Origin: Candidatus Improbicoccus devescovinae | Lineage (GTDB): Bacteria; Bacillota; Clostridia; Oscillospirales; Acutalibacteraceae | DNA: 64,000 nucleotides | Direction: 5' to 3' | Assembly (NCBI GenBank): GCA_036245095.1 | Contig: BSWA01000002.1 | Coordinates: 2,691-66,690 of the forward strand | The notes under the pieces: model-generated | What the model saw: the letters and a program-made list of their open reading frames with translations, nothing else | Told to the model about the DNA's origin: nothing | The model's database searches: none | Shown: positions 46,464-57,388 of the stretch, one piece after another | Layout: each line of letters starts with the position of its first letter | Numbering within the stretch: position 1 is the stretch's first letter | Position numbers and translations under genes: made by a program

Positions 46464-47390
46464 TTAAAATTTCAAACTTCTTCCGATTATATTTTTTAAT
46501 TTTTTAATCCCATACTTTTTCATTTGCCCAGGTAAAGATTCTATTATTGTCTTGCAGACCAGCGGGTCAACTAAATTACAGCTTCCTACCTCAACAGCAC
46601 ATGCTCCAACTGATAAAAACTCCAAAACATCGTCCGCGGTTTTAATGCCTCCAACACCAATTATAGGAATTTTCACATGTTTCGCTACTTCATATATCAT
46701 ACGTAAAGCGATTGGTTTTATCGCAGGCCCGGAAAAGCCACCTAATTTGTTGTGTATTACAAATTGCCCATTTCTAGGATTAATCGCAGTGCCTAGCAGG
46801 CAATTTATAAGAACTAATCCGTCAGCACCCGAGTCTTCTGCGATTTTCGCTATTTCTAGTATATTTGTAACATTGGGAGATAATTTAATATATATAGGTT
46901 TTTTTACACATTTTTTAAGTATTTTACATAATTTTTTTATAATTTCTGCACAAACTCCAAAAGCCATTCCACCTAGTGAAATATTTGGGCAACTTACGTT
47001 AATTTCCATGATCATGACTTCAGGACAAGTATCGAATTTTTGTGCAACATACACATATTCATCGACCGTTGACCCGGCTATATTAGCTATTATTTTTTTA
47101 CTAAATTTTTTCTTAAGCTTAGGAATCTCTTCGCCTAATACATTAATAACTCCCGGATTCTGCAGGCCTATCGAATTTATCATGCCACTACTAGTTTCGG
47201 CAACTCTTGGCAACTCATTCCCATAACGAGGATTTTGGGTAGTACCTTTTATACACAAACTTCCCAAAATATTAATATCATACCAATCAGCAAATTCATA
47301 GCCATAGCCGAACGTTCCGCTCGCGGGGATAATAGGGTTATCCAAGACAAATTCGCCTAAATTAACACTCAAACAATTTATAATAACCAC
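46464..47390 (-). CDS. pyrD: dihydroorotate dehydrogenase, class 1B catalytic subunit
   Basis: NPIIPASGTFGYG, NSIGLQNPG, NVSCPN, GGFSGPAIKPIAL. 308 aa. No pyrK seen next to it. Confidence 0.9.
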   Translation of the reverse strand: MVIINCLSVNLGEFVLDNPIIPASGTFGYGYEFADWYDINILGSLCIKGTTQNPRYGNELPRVAETSSGMINSIGLQNPGVINVLGEEIPKLKKKFSKKIIANIAGSTVDEYVYVAQKFDTCPEVMIMEINVSCPNISLGGMAFGVCAEIIKKLCKILKKCVKKPIYIKLSPNVTNILEIAKIAEDSGADGLVLINCLLGTAINPRNGQFVIHNKLGGFSGPAIKPIALRMIYEVAKHVKIPIIGVGGIKTADDVLEFLSVGACAVEVGSCNLVDPLVCKTIIESLPGQMKKYGIKKLKNIIGRSLKF

Positions 47391-47840
47391 TCCTAAGAAC
47401 GAAATCTTAATAAAAGTGAAATCTTCATATTCTATGTTTTTTTGGATTTATGGAAGCTCCGATTAACAAAATAGTGTTCCATTCTTAATAAAATCTGATT
47501 TATTCATCTCCATAGTTCTTTATATATTTACAGAGTATTTGCAGAGTGGCCGACATCTTATCATATAATTTACGACTAATATAAAATATTTTTGTTCATA
47601 ATCACTAGTTTAGATCTTGTTTTGTTTCGTAGTAACATGTTCGACTTTCTTTGAATTCAGAAGTTAATAATATTAAAAGTCTCTTTTTATTTTCTTGAAT
47701 CCATAATTAATAAATTTAGACACTGTATCATTTTTTATGTCTGTTAATTCTTCGTTAGGTTTTAACAAATAATCTTGAGAGCCCATGATTTTTTATATTC
47801 CCAAAATTTTAATAATATTTGGTCCTTCTTTACTTCATGG

Positions 47841-50738
47841 TTATAGCCAGGTTTTCTTGAATTTTATATATATCTTTTTTGAAAGATTCGCGATTGTTAT
47901 ATATAATATTAAGACCGCTAGTAAATACATGTAATACTTTCCTGGTAAGTAGGCCAAATCTAAGCCCGAGGCTATTGGCGTATATATTAATGCGTTGACT
48001 AGAATGCTTATTGCGATAGGGAGTAATATTACTAAAGTCCCCGGTTTGTTGTGCAAAATGGATTTTGTCCGTAAGACGAAAAATACTAATACTTGGCTCC
48101 AGGCGCATTCTATGAGCCATCCAGTTTGAAATACTATTATATATATCATTCGCGCGTTCATATTTTTGAATATGCCTGATTGAATTATAGCATCTACTGG
48201 GATGTTTTTATATACAATGCCTCCAGTACACGCTGGGCAAATTATAAAATATAATATTAAATATGTCAAGCAGTCAAATAAAGAACTAACTGGACCATTC
48301 CAGATCATGAAGCTTTTTATTGAATCACTTTCCCATGTGCGAGGCTTTTTTAAAAAGCTCTTATCAACGTTATCCCACGGAATTACTACTGATGATGTAT
48401 CGTAGGTTAAATTTAATATCATAATATGCAGGCTTGACATTGGTAAAAATGGCAAAAATATACTGCTTATTAATACCGAAAACATATTTCCAAAGTTAGC
48501 GCTCGATGTGATTTTTATATATTTAATCATATTAGCATACGTCTTCCGACCCTCTATAATTCCATTTTCTAAAACCATTAAATTTTTTTCTAATAATATT
48601 ACATCTGCGGCTTCTTTTGCTATATCTACGGCATTGTCTACTGAGATACCAATATCAGCTTTTTTCATAGCAGCTGCATCGTTAATTCCATCACCCATAT
48701 AGCCGACTACTTTGCCGGTTTTTCGCAGAATTTTAATAATTCTAGCCTTCTGCGCTGGATTCAATTTTGCATATATATTTACATGCTTTACATTTTCAGA
48801 TAAAGTCTTATCTGACATGTTTTCTATCTCATTTCCCATGAGGATTTCTAGATTTTTTAAGCCTACTTTTGCACATACACTTTGTGTTACTTTTTCGTTA
48901 TCTCCTGTCAAGATTTTGACGTCTATTCCATAGGAATCCAGCGCCTTCAAAGCGGCTTTACACGTGCTTCTGGGAGGATCCTGGAATGCTAAAAAGCCGA
49001 TTAAAATCATATCAGATTCATCTTTAATAGTATATTTTCCCCCATGAGAATCTTGAATTTCTTTGTATGCAATCGCGATTACACGCATTCCGTTTTTATT
49101 AAGAGAATTAGAAATTTCAGTTGTTTTTTGTTTACGTTCATCGGTAAGAACGCTAGGTTCATCTGTGTTATTTTTTTTAATTTTAGAACAAATACTCATC
49201 ATTTCTTCTGTTGCGCCCTTAGTAATTATAAACTTAAAATTACTAGAATTTTGTTTAATTATTACAGAAATTCTACGTCGTTGGAAATCGAATGGGATTT
49301 TATCGTAGTAACTAAAATCGATCTTAAGATTTTTTAATTCAGCTATTTTTTCTTCATTTTCTTCGTAATAATTTGTAATTGCCACGTCGATAGCATTGCG
49401 AGTGCCGTCTTGAAAATAGCTATTTAAAAACGCATATTTAAGCACATTAGGATCTTTTTCATTCAGGCAATTCACAAATAATTCGAGTATAATTTTATCT
49501 TCCGTAAGAGTACCGGTTTTATCGGTACATAAGACATTCATGGCACCGAAATTTTGTATAGAATTAAGATTTTTAATTATCACCTTCTTTTTAAACATTG
49601 AAACAGAGCCCTTAGAAAGACAAGTAGTCACTATCATTGGAAGCATCTCGGGAGTCAGCCCAATAGCGACCGATAACGAAAACATAAAAGCATTCAACCA
49701 ATCGTGTTTAGTAAAACCGCTCACAAAGAAAACAATAGGAACCATAATTAACATAAAATTAATAAGAATCCATGAGACTTTATTTATTCCTTTTTCGAAA
49801 TTCGAGTCCTCTTTAGGTTTATTCACGCTTTTAGCAATTGAACCCAGCATAGTATTATCACCAACAGCCAACGCAACAGCCGTTGCAGAGCCTGTTATAA
49901 TATTTGCGCCAGTAAACACCAAATTAGGATAATCAGTAATCGAATCATAATTTTTATCCACGATATTGTCATTACGTTCTAACTGATCGCTTTCTCCGGT
50001 CAAAGACGCCTGACTAATAACTAGACTTTTAGATTCAATTAATCTAGCATCCGCAGGAACGATATCTCCCGGATTCAAATAAAACACATCACCAACGGCG
50101 AGTTCATCGATAGGGATATTTTTCACACTTTTTTTGCCTCGTAAAACTTTAACAGTTTTTTCAATCATTTTCATTATTTTTGATACAGCATCACTAGATT
50201 TCGATTCTTGTACAAACTTCATAATTCCCGAAAGAATTACTAAAAACACAATTACAATAGCAGTTGCTGGATTAATCTCATTAAAATCATTATTTAAAAT
50301 CGGAGTAATAATATCGGTAAACACAGATATTAATGCTAAACTAATCAACACTAAAGTAAACGGATTAATAAACGCTTCTATAAACAACACAAACTTAGGT
50401 TTTTTTTCATCTTTACTAATCACATTATTACCATACTGACATTTATTAGCCTCCAATTGTTTCCGAGAGAGGCCTATTCTAGAAGTATTAAAATCCCAAA
50501 GCACAGAATTTATATCATCTTTAGCAGCTTGTTTAAGAATTTTATTATATTTTTCACGGGACTTATCCTGAACAACAGGTTTCACAGGAGTATTATTACT
50601 AAAAAACCTAAAAAATTTAGTAATATAATCATATCGTGGGAGGTCTCTGATATTTTCCTGAGCGCAAATAAAATCTCCAGGTGGAGCTTCTTTAAATATA
50701 GAACTTAAAATTTTAGTTTTTTTAAAATTAAATTTCAT
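47841..50738 (-). CDS. mgtA: magnesium-importing P-type ATPase (MgtA/MgtB type)
   Basis: TGES (SLTGESD), phosphorylation site CTDKTGTLT, MGDGINDAAAMKKADIGISV. About 10 TM helices, 965 aa. Confidence 0.9.
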   Translation of the reverse strand: MKFNFKKTKILSSIFKEAPPGDFICAQENIRDLPRYDYITKFFRFFSNNTPVKPVVQDKSREKYNKILKQAAKDDINSVLWDFNTSRIGLSRKQLEANKCQYGNNVISKDEKKPKFVLFIEAFINPFTLVLISLALISVFTDIITPILNNDFNEINPATAIVIVFLVILSGIMKFVQESKSSDAVSKIMKMIEKTVKVLRGKKSVKNIPIDELAVGDVFYLNPGDIVPADARLIESKSLVISQASLTGESDQLERNDNIVDKNYDSITDYPNLVFTGANIITGSATAVALAVGDNTMLGSIAKSVNKPKEDSNFEKGINKVSWILINFMLIMVPIVFFVSGFTKHDWLNAFMFSLSVAIGLTPEMLPMIVTTCLSKGSVSMFKKKVIIKNLNSIQNFGAMNVLCTDKTGTLTEDKIILELFVNCLNEKDPNVLKYAFLNSYFQDGTRNAIDVAITNYYEENEEKIAELKNLKIDFSYYDKIPFDFQRRRISVIIKQNSSNFKFIITKGATEEMMSICSKIKKNNTDEPSVLTDERKQKTTEISNSLNKNGMRVIAIAYKEIQDSHGGKYTIKDESDMILIGFLAFQDPPRSTCKAALKALDSYGIDVKILTGDNEKVTQSVCAKVGLKNLEILMGNEIENMSDKTLSENVKHVNIYAKLNPAQKARIIKILRKTGKVVGYMGDGINDAAAMKKADIGISVDNAVDIAKEAADVILLEKNLMVLENGIIEGRKTYANMIKYIKITSSANFGNMFSVLISSIFLPFLPMSSLHIMILNLTYDTSSVVIPWDNVDKSFLKKPRTWESDSIKSFMIWNGPVSSLFDCLTYLILYFIICPACTGGIVYKNIPVDAIIQSGIFKNMNARMIYIIVFQTGWLIECAWSQVLVFFVLRTKSILHNKPGTLVILLPIAISILVNALIYTPIASGLDLAYLPGKYYMYLLAVLILYITIANLSKKIYIKFKKTWL

Positions 50739-50954
50739 CTTATTATGCCTCCTATTTGATTCATGAATTTTGATTTATAAATTTTTATTTATGAATATTG
50801 AATAAAAAAAATACAATGCTTGTGAAATTATAGTTCAATATTCCAATTAAGACAATATTTAAATTCATAAAAAACATTTATCAAAACATGTACAGGTATT
50901 TTTTTAAATAAAAGATCTATAAGATATATTTACAAAAAGAAAAAATTGTTTTTG

Positions 50955-51040
50955 CATATACAAAAATGACTTCTTCTTTTCGAGATGCATTTACGATTGC
51001 TTCAAGTTTATAATAATTGAGAAGTATTGTAGACACTATC
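50955..51040 (+). mobile_element. IS-B right-end remnant
   Basis: ..AAAAATGACTTCTTCTTTTCGAG...TATTGTAGACACTATC resembles 17420-17503. Confidence 0.6.
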
Positions 51041-51149
51041 TAGACTTCTGCCAGTGAATTTTTTGCCAAAAAATACACAAAAAATATTTTTAAAATTTTC
51101 TATAAAAAACACTAAAAATCCGCTTGACATCTATAATACAATCGATATA

Positions 51150-51197
51150 TAATAAATCTCTTCGGAAATTGGATTTTTATGTCTAAATATGATTTAA
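51150..51197 (+). mobile_element. solo IS-A left end (48 bp) abutting IS-A copy 2
   Basis: CTCTTCGGAAATTGGATTTTTATGTCTAAATATGATTTAAT equals the first roughly 45 nt of IS-A. Confidence 0.65.
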
Positions 51198-52099
51198 TAG
51201 ACCTCCTCGGAAATTAATTTTCAAAATTAATTAATCCGCACAACAAAGACATTCTTAATTTAAACCGAGTACGTCGATTACGGTATTTGTTTGCTACTAT
51301 TTTAAAAACTTTAATTTTTGCATTTATGTTTTCAATTATGATTCGTTCTTTTGAAATACGCCGATTTTCAGATTTTTCTTCGGCAGTGAGTGTGCTTTTT
51401 CTTGGTTTTTCTTTGGAGTTTCGCTGTTTTTGTGTAATCTCAAAATTCCCTGATAACCGCTGTCTCCTTGGACTTTTTTATCATTTGAAATCGCATATCC
51501 TATACTTTCCTCATAAAGTTTAAAGTCGTGAGTTTTTCCTTCAGCATGGGCAATACAGATAATATCTTTTGTTTGTCGATTTACAATTAGTTGCGTGTTT
51601 ATGGTATGCCTTTTTTTCTTTCCTGAATACCACTGACGCTGTTTTTTTTAGGGCGTTCGACCGGACTTTCCATAACATCAACAACCACAATTTCTATCTC
51701 GTTATTTTCAAGTAATGCTTTTTTGCCGGGTAAACTGAATTTTCTGCTTTTAATCAGTGTATCTTCGACCCAAACGATTGTGTCGTGCGTTGTTGCTTCG
51801 CCAACCTCAAACTCAAATGCCAATTCTTTTTGTGTCACATACTGTCGCCAGTACTTCAAAGCCATAAATAATTGATCTTGAAGTGTTAATTTTGTGTGCC
51901 TGCCTCGACGTTTGTGCTTTTCAGCGTAAGCTATTTGAAGCTGAGCAATCATCGCACTGTAAGTTTCTTTTTTTACACCTATTAATTGCTTAAAATCTGC
52001 ATCTTGTAATCTCATAGCTTTTTCATATCTTGTCAATTTTCATCACCGATATTATTAAATCATATTTAGACATAAAAATCCAATTTCCGAAGAGGTCTA
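51198..52099 (-). mobile_element. IS-A copy 2 (902 bp); orfA intact, orfB frameshifted
   Basis: Both terminal repeats are present (TAGACCTCCTCGGAAATT ... AATTTCCGAAGAGGTCTA). orfA is 51599-52036. Relative to copy 3 it has a one-base shorter homopolymer (T5 vs T6 on the plus strand, about 51406-51410) plus one substitution. Confidence 0.85.
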
Positions 52100-52120
52100 T
52101 TATTTTTCGAAGGAATCAAA

Positions 52121-52468
52121 ATGAGCGAAAATTTTAATCTTAATCAATTTTTAACCGAAGAAATGTTCTTGAGTTTGGCGAGTTGTATATTGATCGTTAC
52201 TGGTGGTGTTAAATTTTTCAAGAATTATACAAATTTAAGTCCGCTTTGGCTGAATTTAATAATTTCAAGTATTGTAACAATCGTAAGAATCGCCTTTGTG
52301 AACTGCACCCCAAAATTTAGACAAAAGTCTAAGTTTAACAAAGGGGTGCACTTCATTGTGGGCGATTTTTCATTTAATGGCATAGTTTTGGGAATTTTCA
52401 ATTTAATTCCTATTTTGCTTGGGTCAACAGGCACGTATGAATTTGCAAAGAACATAATTGGAGGTTAA
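52121..52468 (+). CDS. holin-like small membrane protein (intact only in this copy)
   Basis: 115 aa with three hydrophobic segments. It overlaps the start of the lysin gene by 11 nt, a typical lysis-cassette layout. Confidence 0.55.
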   Translation: MSENFNLNQFLTEEMFLSLASCILIVTGGVKFFKNYTNLSPLWLNLIISSIVTIVRIAFVNCTPKFRQKSKFNKGVHFIVGDFSFNGIVLGIFNLIPILLGSTGTYEFAKNIIGG

Positions 52469-53282
52469 GAATATGAAATTTAACGGAATTGATGTCTCAA
52501 AGTGGAACGTCAATATTAATTGGCAAAAGTCCAAAAACAATGGCGTGGAGTTTGCAATAATCAGGTCCGGCTGGGGAAAAGAATCACCTAACCAAAAAGA
52601 TAAATTTTTCGAACAAAACTACGCAGGTGCAAAATCAGCAGGGATTTGCATAGGTTCATATCATTATTCTTATGCAGATTCCGCAAACGATGCCGTTTTG
52701 GAGGCTGAATTTTGTCTAAAAAATATCGCAAACAAGCAATTTGAATACCCAATAATTTTTGACATTGAAGATCGTACGATGTTGGCGCTCACAAATCGCC
52801 AAAAAACCAACATTTGTAAGGCTTTCTGTGAAAAAATCGAAGATTCAGGCTATTATGCAATGATTTATATGAACCTAAATTGGCTTCAAAATTATCTCAA
52901 TAAAGATGAACTTTTGAATGAATTTGATTTGTGGCTCGCTCAGTGGAATACCACCAAACCTTCGATAAATTGCGGGATTTGGCAGAAGTCTGATCAAGGC
53001 AAAATCGATGGAATTAGCGGAAATGTTGATTTAAACGAAAGCTACAAAGATTATCCGCAGATTATGAAAACTAATGGTCTAAATGGATTTTAAAAAAACG
53101 AGTCAATTTCAGTAAACCAACCGAATTACCACACTTACACTGTGGTCACAGATGATACATTATGGGGCGTTGCCTTGATGAAACTTGGAAGCGGTACAAG
53201 ATGGCGTAAGATTGCGGAACTTAACGGCATTATCGGCGATAAAATTTATCCCGGACAAGTTTTGAAAATTCCTAACAGCTGA
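52458..53282 (+). pseudogene. GH25 muramidase-LysM endolysin split by an in-frame TAA (53091-53093)
   Basis: Identical to 14787-15611. 63 further in-frame codons encode the LysM domain. Confidence 0.7.
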
Positions 53283-53283
53283 G

Positions 53284-53691
53284 GTGATTTTGTTGGATAC
53301 GACGCAAAGATTTAAAATTCAGAGAATGCGAGAAGATGGTGAAAGCTATACTAAAATTGCAGGAGTTACTGGAGTTTCAGCAAACACAATCAAGTCGTTT
53401 TGTAGACGGAATAATTTTAAAGTTTTGAAAATAAAAGATGATAAATCTCAAAATTTTTGTAAAAACTGCAGCAAAGCGCTGATTCTGGATAAAAAAACTA
53501 AACCAGAGAAATTTTGCTGTAAAACTTGTAAAAATCGTTGCTGGAACAAAAATCGAAATATCTATACAAATAAGCCCAAAAATATAGTAATTTGTAAGCA
53601 TTGCGGCAAGAAATTTACAGATTATCAAAATAGCAAAAGAATTTATTGCAGTCATCAATGTTACATTAATTTTCGTTACAAAAGCCCATAA
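53284..53691 (+). CDS. small HTH plus zinc-ribbon protein (copy 2)
   Basis: Identical translation to 14378-14785. Confidence 0.6.
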   Translation: MILLDTTQRFKIQRMREDGESYTKIAGVTGVSANTIKSFCRRNNFKVLKIKDDKSQNFCKNCSKALILDKKTKPEKFCCKTCKNRCWNKNRNIYTNKPKNIVICKHCGKKFTDYQNSKRIYCSHQCYINFRYKSP

Positions 53692-53767
53692 ATATTATTA
53701 CTTGGAGCCGTAAAACGGCTCCTTTTTCATGCTTAATTTTAAATTAAATTTTGGAGGATTTTTTAAT

Positions 53768-54561
53768 ATGAATGAACTTACAATTTTTAAAAATGAGGAA
53801 TTTGGCGAAATTAGAACAATTTTAATTGAGGGTAATCCTCACCTCATTTTGTTAGCATTGATGTCGCAAAAAATTTAGATTATGCCAACCCAAGTAAAGC
53901 AGTTCACGACCACTGCAAAGGTATTTCCAAGTTGGGAATACCTTCGGTTGGAGGAATTCAAGAAACGAACGTAATCTCTGAAGGCGATGTTTATCGTCTG
54001 ATAATCAAAGCAGCTGACCAGAACAAAAATTCTGAAATAAAATTAAAAGCAGAAAAATTTGAACGTTGGGTTTTCGATGAAGTCTTGCCATCCATCCGCA
54101 AACACGGAATGTATGCCACAAAAGAACTACTAAATAATCCTGATTTGCTCATCGAAATGGCACAGGCTTTAAAAATTGAGCGTGCTGAAAAAGAATATCT
54201 GCAAATTCAGTCTAAAAAAGATAAGCCGAAAGTAATTTTTGCAGATGCTGTCTCAGTTTCCGATGGCACAATTTTAATTGGCGAACTCGCAAAAATTCTG
54301 AAAGGTAACGGTATCGAAATCGGACAAAATCGTTTATTCGAAAAGCTTCGTCAAGACGGATATCTCATAAAACGTAACGGTACTGATTACAATATGCCGA
54401 CACAAAAATCGATGGAACTGGAACTTTTCAAAATAAAAGAAACCGCAATTACTCATTCTGACGGGCACATCACTGTAAATAAAACCACTAAAGTTACAGG
54501 TAAAGGTCAGCAATATTTTGTAAATTACTTTCTTGGCGTGGTGCGGCTAAATGACAGATAA
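53768..54561 (+). pseudogene. phage antirepressor (BRO-N + KilAC) with the 5-bp CCTCA duplication frameshift at 53837-53846
   Basis: Identical to copy 1. Removing one CCTCA restores ...IEGNPHFVSIDVAKNLDYANPSKAVHDH... Confidence 0.75.
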
Positions 54562-54733
54562 ACAATTTGAACGCGAAAAAAATTATCAAATTTCAATTTT
54601 ACTTATAAAATCTATGCTTAAAAACAGCGTTATTTCCAAAAAAGATTTTGATGTAGTTAATGACAAATTAATCAAAAAATACAAACCAATTTTTGGTGAG
54701 CTAAATCACCTGAAAAACCGCATTAAACCTTGA
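54551..54733 (+). CDS. small hypothetical protein (copy 2)
   Basis: Identical translation to 13336-13518. Confidence 0.45.
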   Translation: MTDKQFEREKNYQISILLIKSMLKNSVISKKDFDVVNDKLIKKYKPIFGELNHLKNRIKP

Positions 54734-54781
54734 CTAATAGCCTTAATATATGGATATATATGAATGGAGGATTAAAAAATT

Positions 54782-56131
54782 ATGAAGAAAAATATTACAA
54801 AAATTGAGCCAAAAAACTGTCACTTTTTGAATAAAAAATGTGTTGTGGCTTACGCCAGAGTTTCTGACGGCAAAGAGGCGATGCTCCATTCATTGTCAGC
54901 GCAAGTCAGTTATTACAGCGATTATATCCAAAATCATAAAAATTGGGAATATACAGGAGTTTACATTGATAAAGCCTATACCGGCACAAAAGGCGAGAGG
55001 CCTGAATTTCAAAAGCTTATTCAAGACTGTCGTAAAGGCAAAATCGATATGATTATTTGTAAGTCAATCACTAGATTTGCGAGAAACACGGTGGATATGC
55101 TCTTAATTACCAGAGAACTCAAAAATTTGAGTGTTGACGTCTATTTTGAACAGGAAAAAATTCACAGTCTGAGTGAAGATGGCGAGCTGATGCTTACAAT
55201 TCTTGCGAGCTATGCACAAGAAGAATCAAGAGTTGTTTCTGAAAATTGCAAATGGAAACTGAGAAAGAAATTCAAATCAGGGATACCGAACAATTTTAAA
55301 ATTTATGGATATGAATTAAAAAACGGCAGACTAGAAATAACTACTAAAGAAGCCAAAATCATAAAAATAATTTTTAAAAATTACCTTGAAGGATTAGGCA
55401 AAAACGCCATTATGAAGAAGCTTAATAAACTTAAAATAAAGCCGAAAATCAGTGATTTTTGGAACGAAAGCACAATTGATAAAATTTTAAGAAATGAAAA
55501 ATATGTCGGCGATATGCTTTTTCAGAAAACATACGTCAATAATCATCTTGAGAAGAAAAAGATTAAAAATAGCGGTGAATTGCCAATGTATCTGGTCAAA
55601 AACAGTCATGAAGCAATAATTGACAGAGAAATTTTTGATAAAGTTCAAAATGAAATTAGAAGAAGAGCTGAAATTTACAAGCCTAAAAACAAACTAAAAT
55701 CAGAATCAAAATACCTGTTCACAAGCAAGATAAAATGCGAAATCTGCGGTAAAAATTATAGAAGGAAAATTAATGGCGTCGGAACAAAATATGAAAAAGC
55801 AGTTTGGATTTGTTCATCGTTTAACCTAAAAGGCAAATTTGAATGCAGTTCAAAACAAGTTCCTGAGGAAATTTTGAAATCAAAAATAGCAGAAATACTT
55901 AATTTATCGGAATTTAACGAAGAAAAATTTAAGGAAAAATTCAAAGAAATAAATCTGATTGAGATTTCCAAAGCTGGAAGTCTCAATTTTATTTTTCAGA
56001 ACGGGACAATTATGCGAAAAGTGTGGAGTTACAAGTCTCGAAGTGAATCTTGGACGCCAGAAATGAAAGAAAAAGCAAGACAAAAATCTTTAGAAAGGAG
56101 CAATCAAAATGCCTGCAACAACGGCAGTTAG
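54782..56131 (+). CDS. large serine recombinase (copy 2)
   Basis: Identical translation to 11938-13287. Confidence 0.85.
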   Translation: MKKNITKIEPKNCHFLNKKCVVAYARVSDGKEAMLHSLSAQVSYYSDYIQNHKNWEYTGVYIDKAYTGTKGERPEFQKLIQDCRKGKIDMIICKSITRFARNTVDMLLITRELKNLSVDVYFEQEKIHSLSEDGELMLTILASYAQEESRVVSENCKWKLRKKFKSGIPNNFKIYGYELKNGRLEITTKEAKIIKIIFKNYLEGLGKNAIMKKLNKLKIKPKISDFWNESTIDKILRNEKYVGDMLFQKTYVNNHLEKKKIKNSGELPMYLVKNSHEAIIDREIFDKVQNEIRRRAEIYKPKNKLKSESKYLFTSKIKCEICGKNYRRKINGVGTKYEKAVWICSSFNLKGKFECSSKQVPEEILKSKIAEILNLSEFNEEKFKEKFKEINLIEISKAGSLNFIFQNGTIMRKVWSYKSRSESWTPEMKEKARQKSLERSNQNACNNGS

Positions 56132-56139
56132 AGCAATTT

Positions 56140-56487
56140 ATGAAAAAAGCAATTTTATACTGCCGCGTGGCAACAAGTAACAATGCCAATAAAGCATTAG
56201 ATCTTCAAGAACAAAACACAAGGGATTACGCAGCACTGTGCGGTTTTGAAGTTGTTAATGTGATCAAAGAAATTGGTAAAAAACAAGATGGATTTGAAAA
56301 AATTTATGAATTAATTAAACATTATAAAATAGACGCGATAATAGCCGAAAATCTAAGCCGTTACAGCCGTTCAACTTCAAAAATTATAAATTTTGTTGAA
56401 ACATTGACGGCAGAAAACATAAAAACATTGATGGTGGCGGACGGAGATTTGCAAAATATTATACCGCTCTTAAAATCAATGAAATAG
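56140..56487 (+). CDS. small degenerate serine-recombinase catalytic-domain protein (copy 2)
   Basis: Identical to 11582-11929. Confidence 0.55.
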   Translation: MKKAILYCRVATSNNANKALDLQEQNTRDYAALCGFEVVNVIKEIGKKQDGFEKIYELIKHYKIDAIIAENLSRYSRSTSKIINFVETLTAENIKTLMVADGDLQNIIPLLKSMK

Positions 56488-56856
56488 TTATATTTTTGTG
56501 GACGATGAACATGAAATATCATAATCATATGACCGTTGGATTTTGAAAAATTTTAGTATGTCCTTTTTCGTTTTTTGATCGGCTTTTTCATATGAAATTA
56601 GTGTATTCTCTAGTGCACGCTCTATGCTTAACATAAGTGATCGCATTTCTTTATCGCTAATACGAGAAAGCCTATTCCATTCGATTTCTCCATAAGGCGA
56701 TAGTGCCTTAATATCAGAATAATCTCCAACAACCGATGAAGGTCCTCGTCCAGCGTGTAAATTTTCTAATTCCGTATTATTTCTAACACCATTTACAGCA
56801 AGAAGTTTTGCTAAATCTTTTAATTCTTGTAATCTTTCTTCACTGATATCACTCAT
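56488..56856 (-). CDS. hypothetical protein (122 aa, copy 2)
   Basis: Identical translation to 11213-11581. Confidence 0.6.
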   Translation of the reverse strand: MSDISEERLQELKDLAKLLAVNGVRNNTELENLHAGRGPSSVVGDYSDIKALSPYGEIEWNRLSRISDKEMRSLMLSIERALENTLISYEKADQKTKKDILKFFKIQRSYDYDISCSSSTKI

Positions 56857-57128
56857 GAGACTTTGCCCCTCCGTGTTTTATTACTTAAATTATGCTCTAT
56901 TTTCACAATTTTTTTTACGGTTGCCGTGAGATGGATTTTTTCGCAAAAATGGCATATTTACTGCATTTGTTAGCCTGGTGCACAATGAAACTTTTCCTCC
57001 GAGGTGTGTGCACAAATGCGCTTTTGGGTTTAAAAATTTAAAAAATCAGACTTTAAAATTTTCTCCTAAACGTTAAAACCCGCAGTATTACTGCGATTCT
57101 GGCTTGTATCAAAATTATGGTTTGATGA

Positions 57129-57214
57129 TGGTGCCGACAGTGGGACTTGAACCCACACACAGTCGCCTGCAACGGATTTTGAGTCCGTCTCGTCTACCAT
57201 TCCAACACGTCGGC
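57129..57214 (-). tRNA. tRNA-Leu (anticodon CAA), long variable arm, CCA encoded
   Basis: Reverse complement GCCGACG..ACGGA-CTCAAAA-TCCGT..GTGGG-TTCAAGT-CCCAC-TGTCGGC-A-CCA. 86 nt. Confidence 0.9.
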
Positions 57215-57388
57215 ACAAAATTCTAACCTGGGGTTATTATATTTATTTAAATTTTAAATTTCAAGAAAAAATTTATATTTTCATATTAAATTCATTCGTA
57301 AATACAAGCACTTCCAAAAAATAGAGCCAGGAACGTAAAAAAATTTGTGTAAATGGTTTTCCGGGAAGCAAAATTAATATTTAAAAAA

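Larger units (their letters stand above)
52254..57128. repeat. right arm of the 4,875-bp inverted repeat (prophage/island remnant, copy 2; element continues to 52100)
   Basis: Mirror image of 10941-15815 (coordinates sum to 68069). Confidence 0.9.

Noticed and set aside
46552-47226. 224-aa plus-strand ORF antisense to pyrD, and likewise 25109-25627 antisense to the CDF transporter and 23162-23473 overlapping the zinc-ribbon gene
   Set aside because: The opposite or alternative frame carries unmistakable conserved motifs (pyrD, CDF, CxxC ribbons). The shadow ORFs have none.
47690-47835. Minus-strand fragment MGSQDYLLKPNEEL.. reminiscent of the C-terminal end of a response-regulator receiver domain (GAxDYLxKP)
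   Set aside because: Only about 15 residues match and the upstream frame contains a stop. It is too short to call even as a pseudogene.
50739-50960. Possible M-box (ykoK) magnesium riboswitch upstream of mgtA
   Set aside because: The leader is almost pure AT. It shows none of the conserved GC-containing M-box helices that I could recognise.
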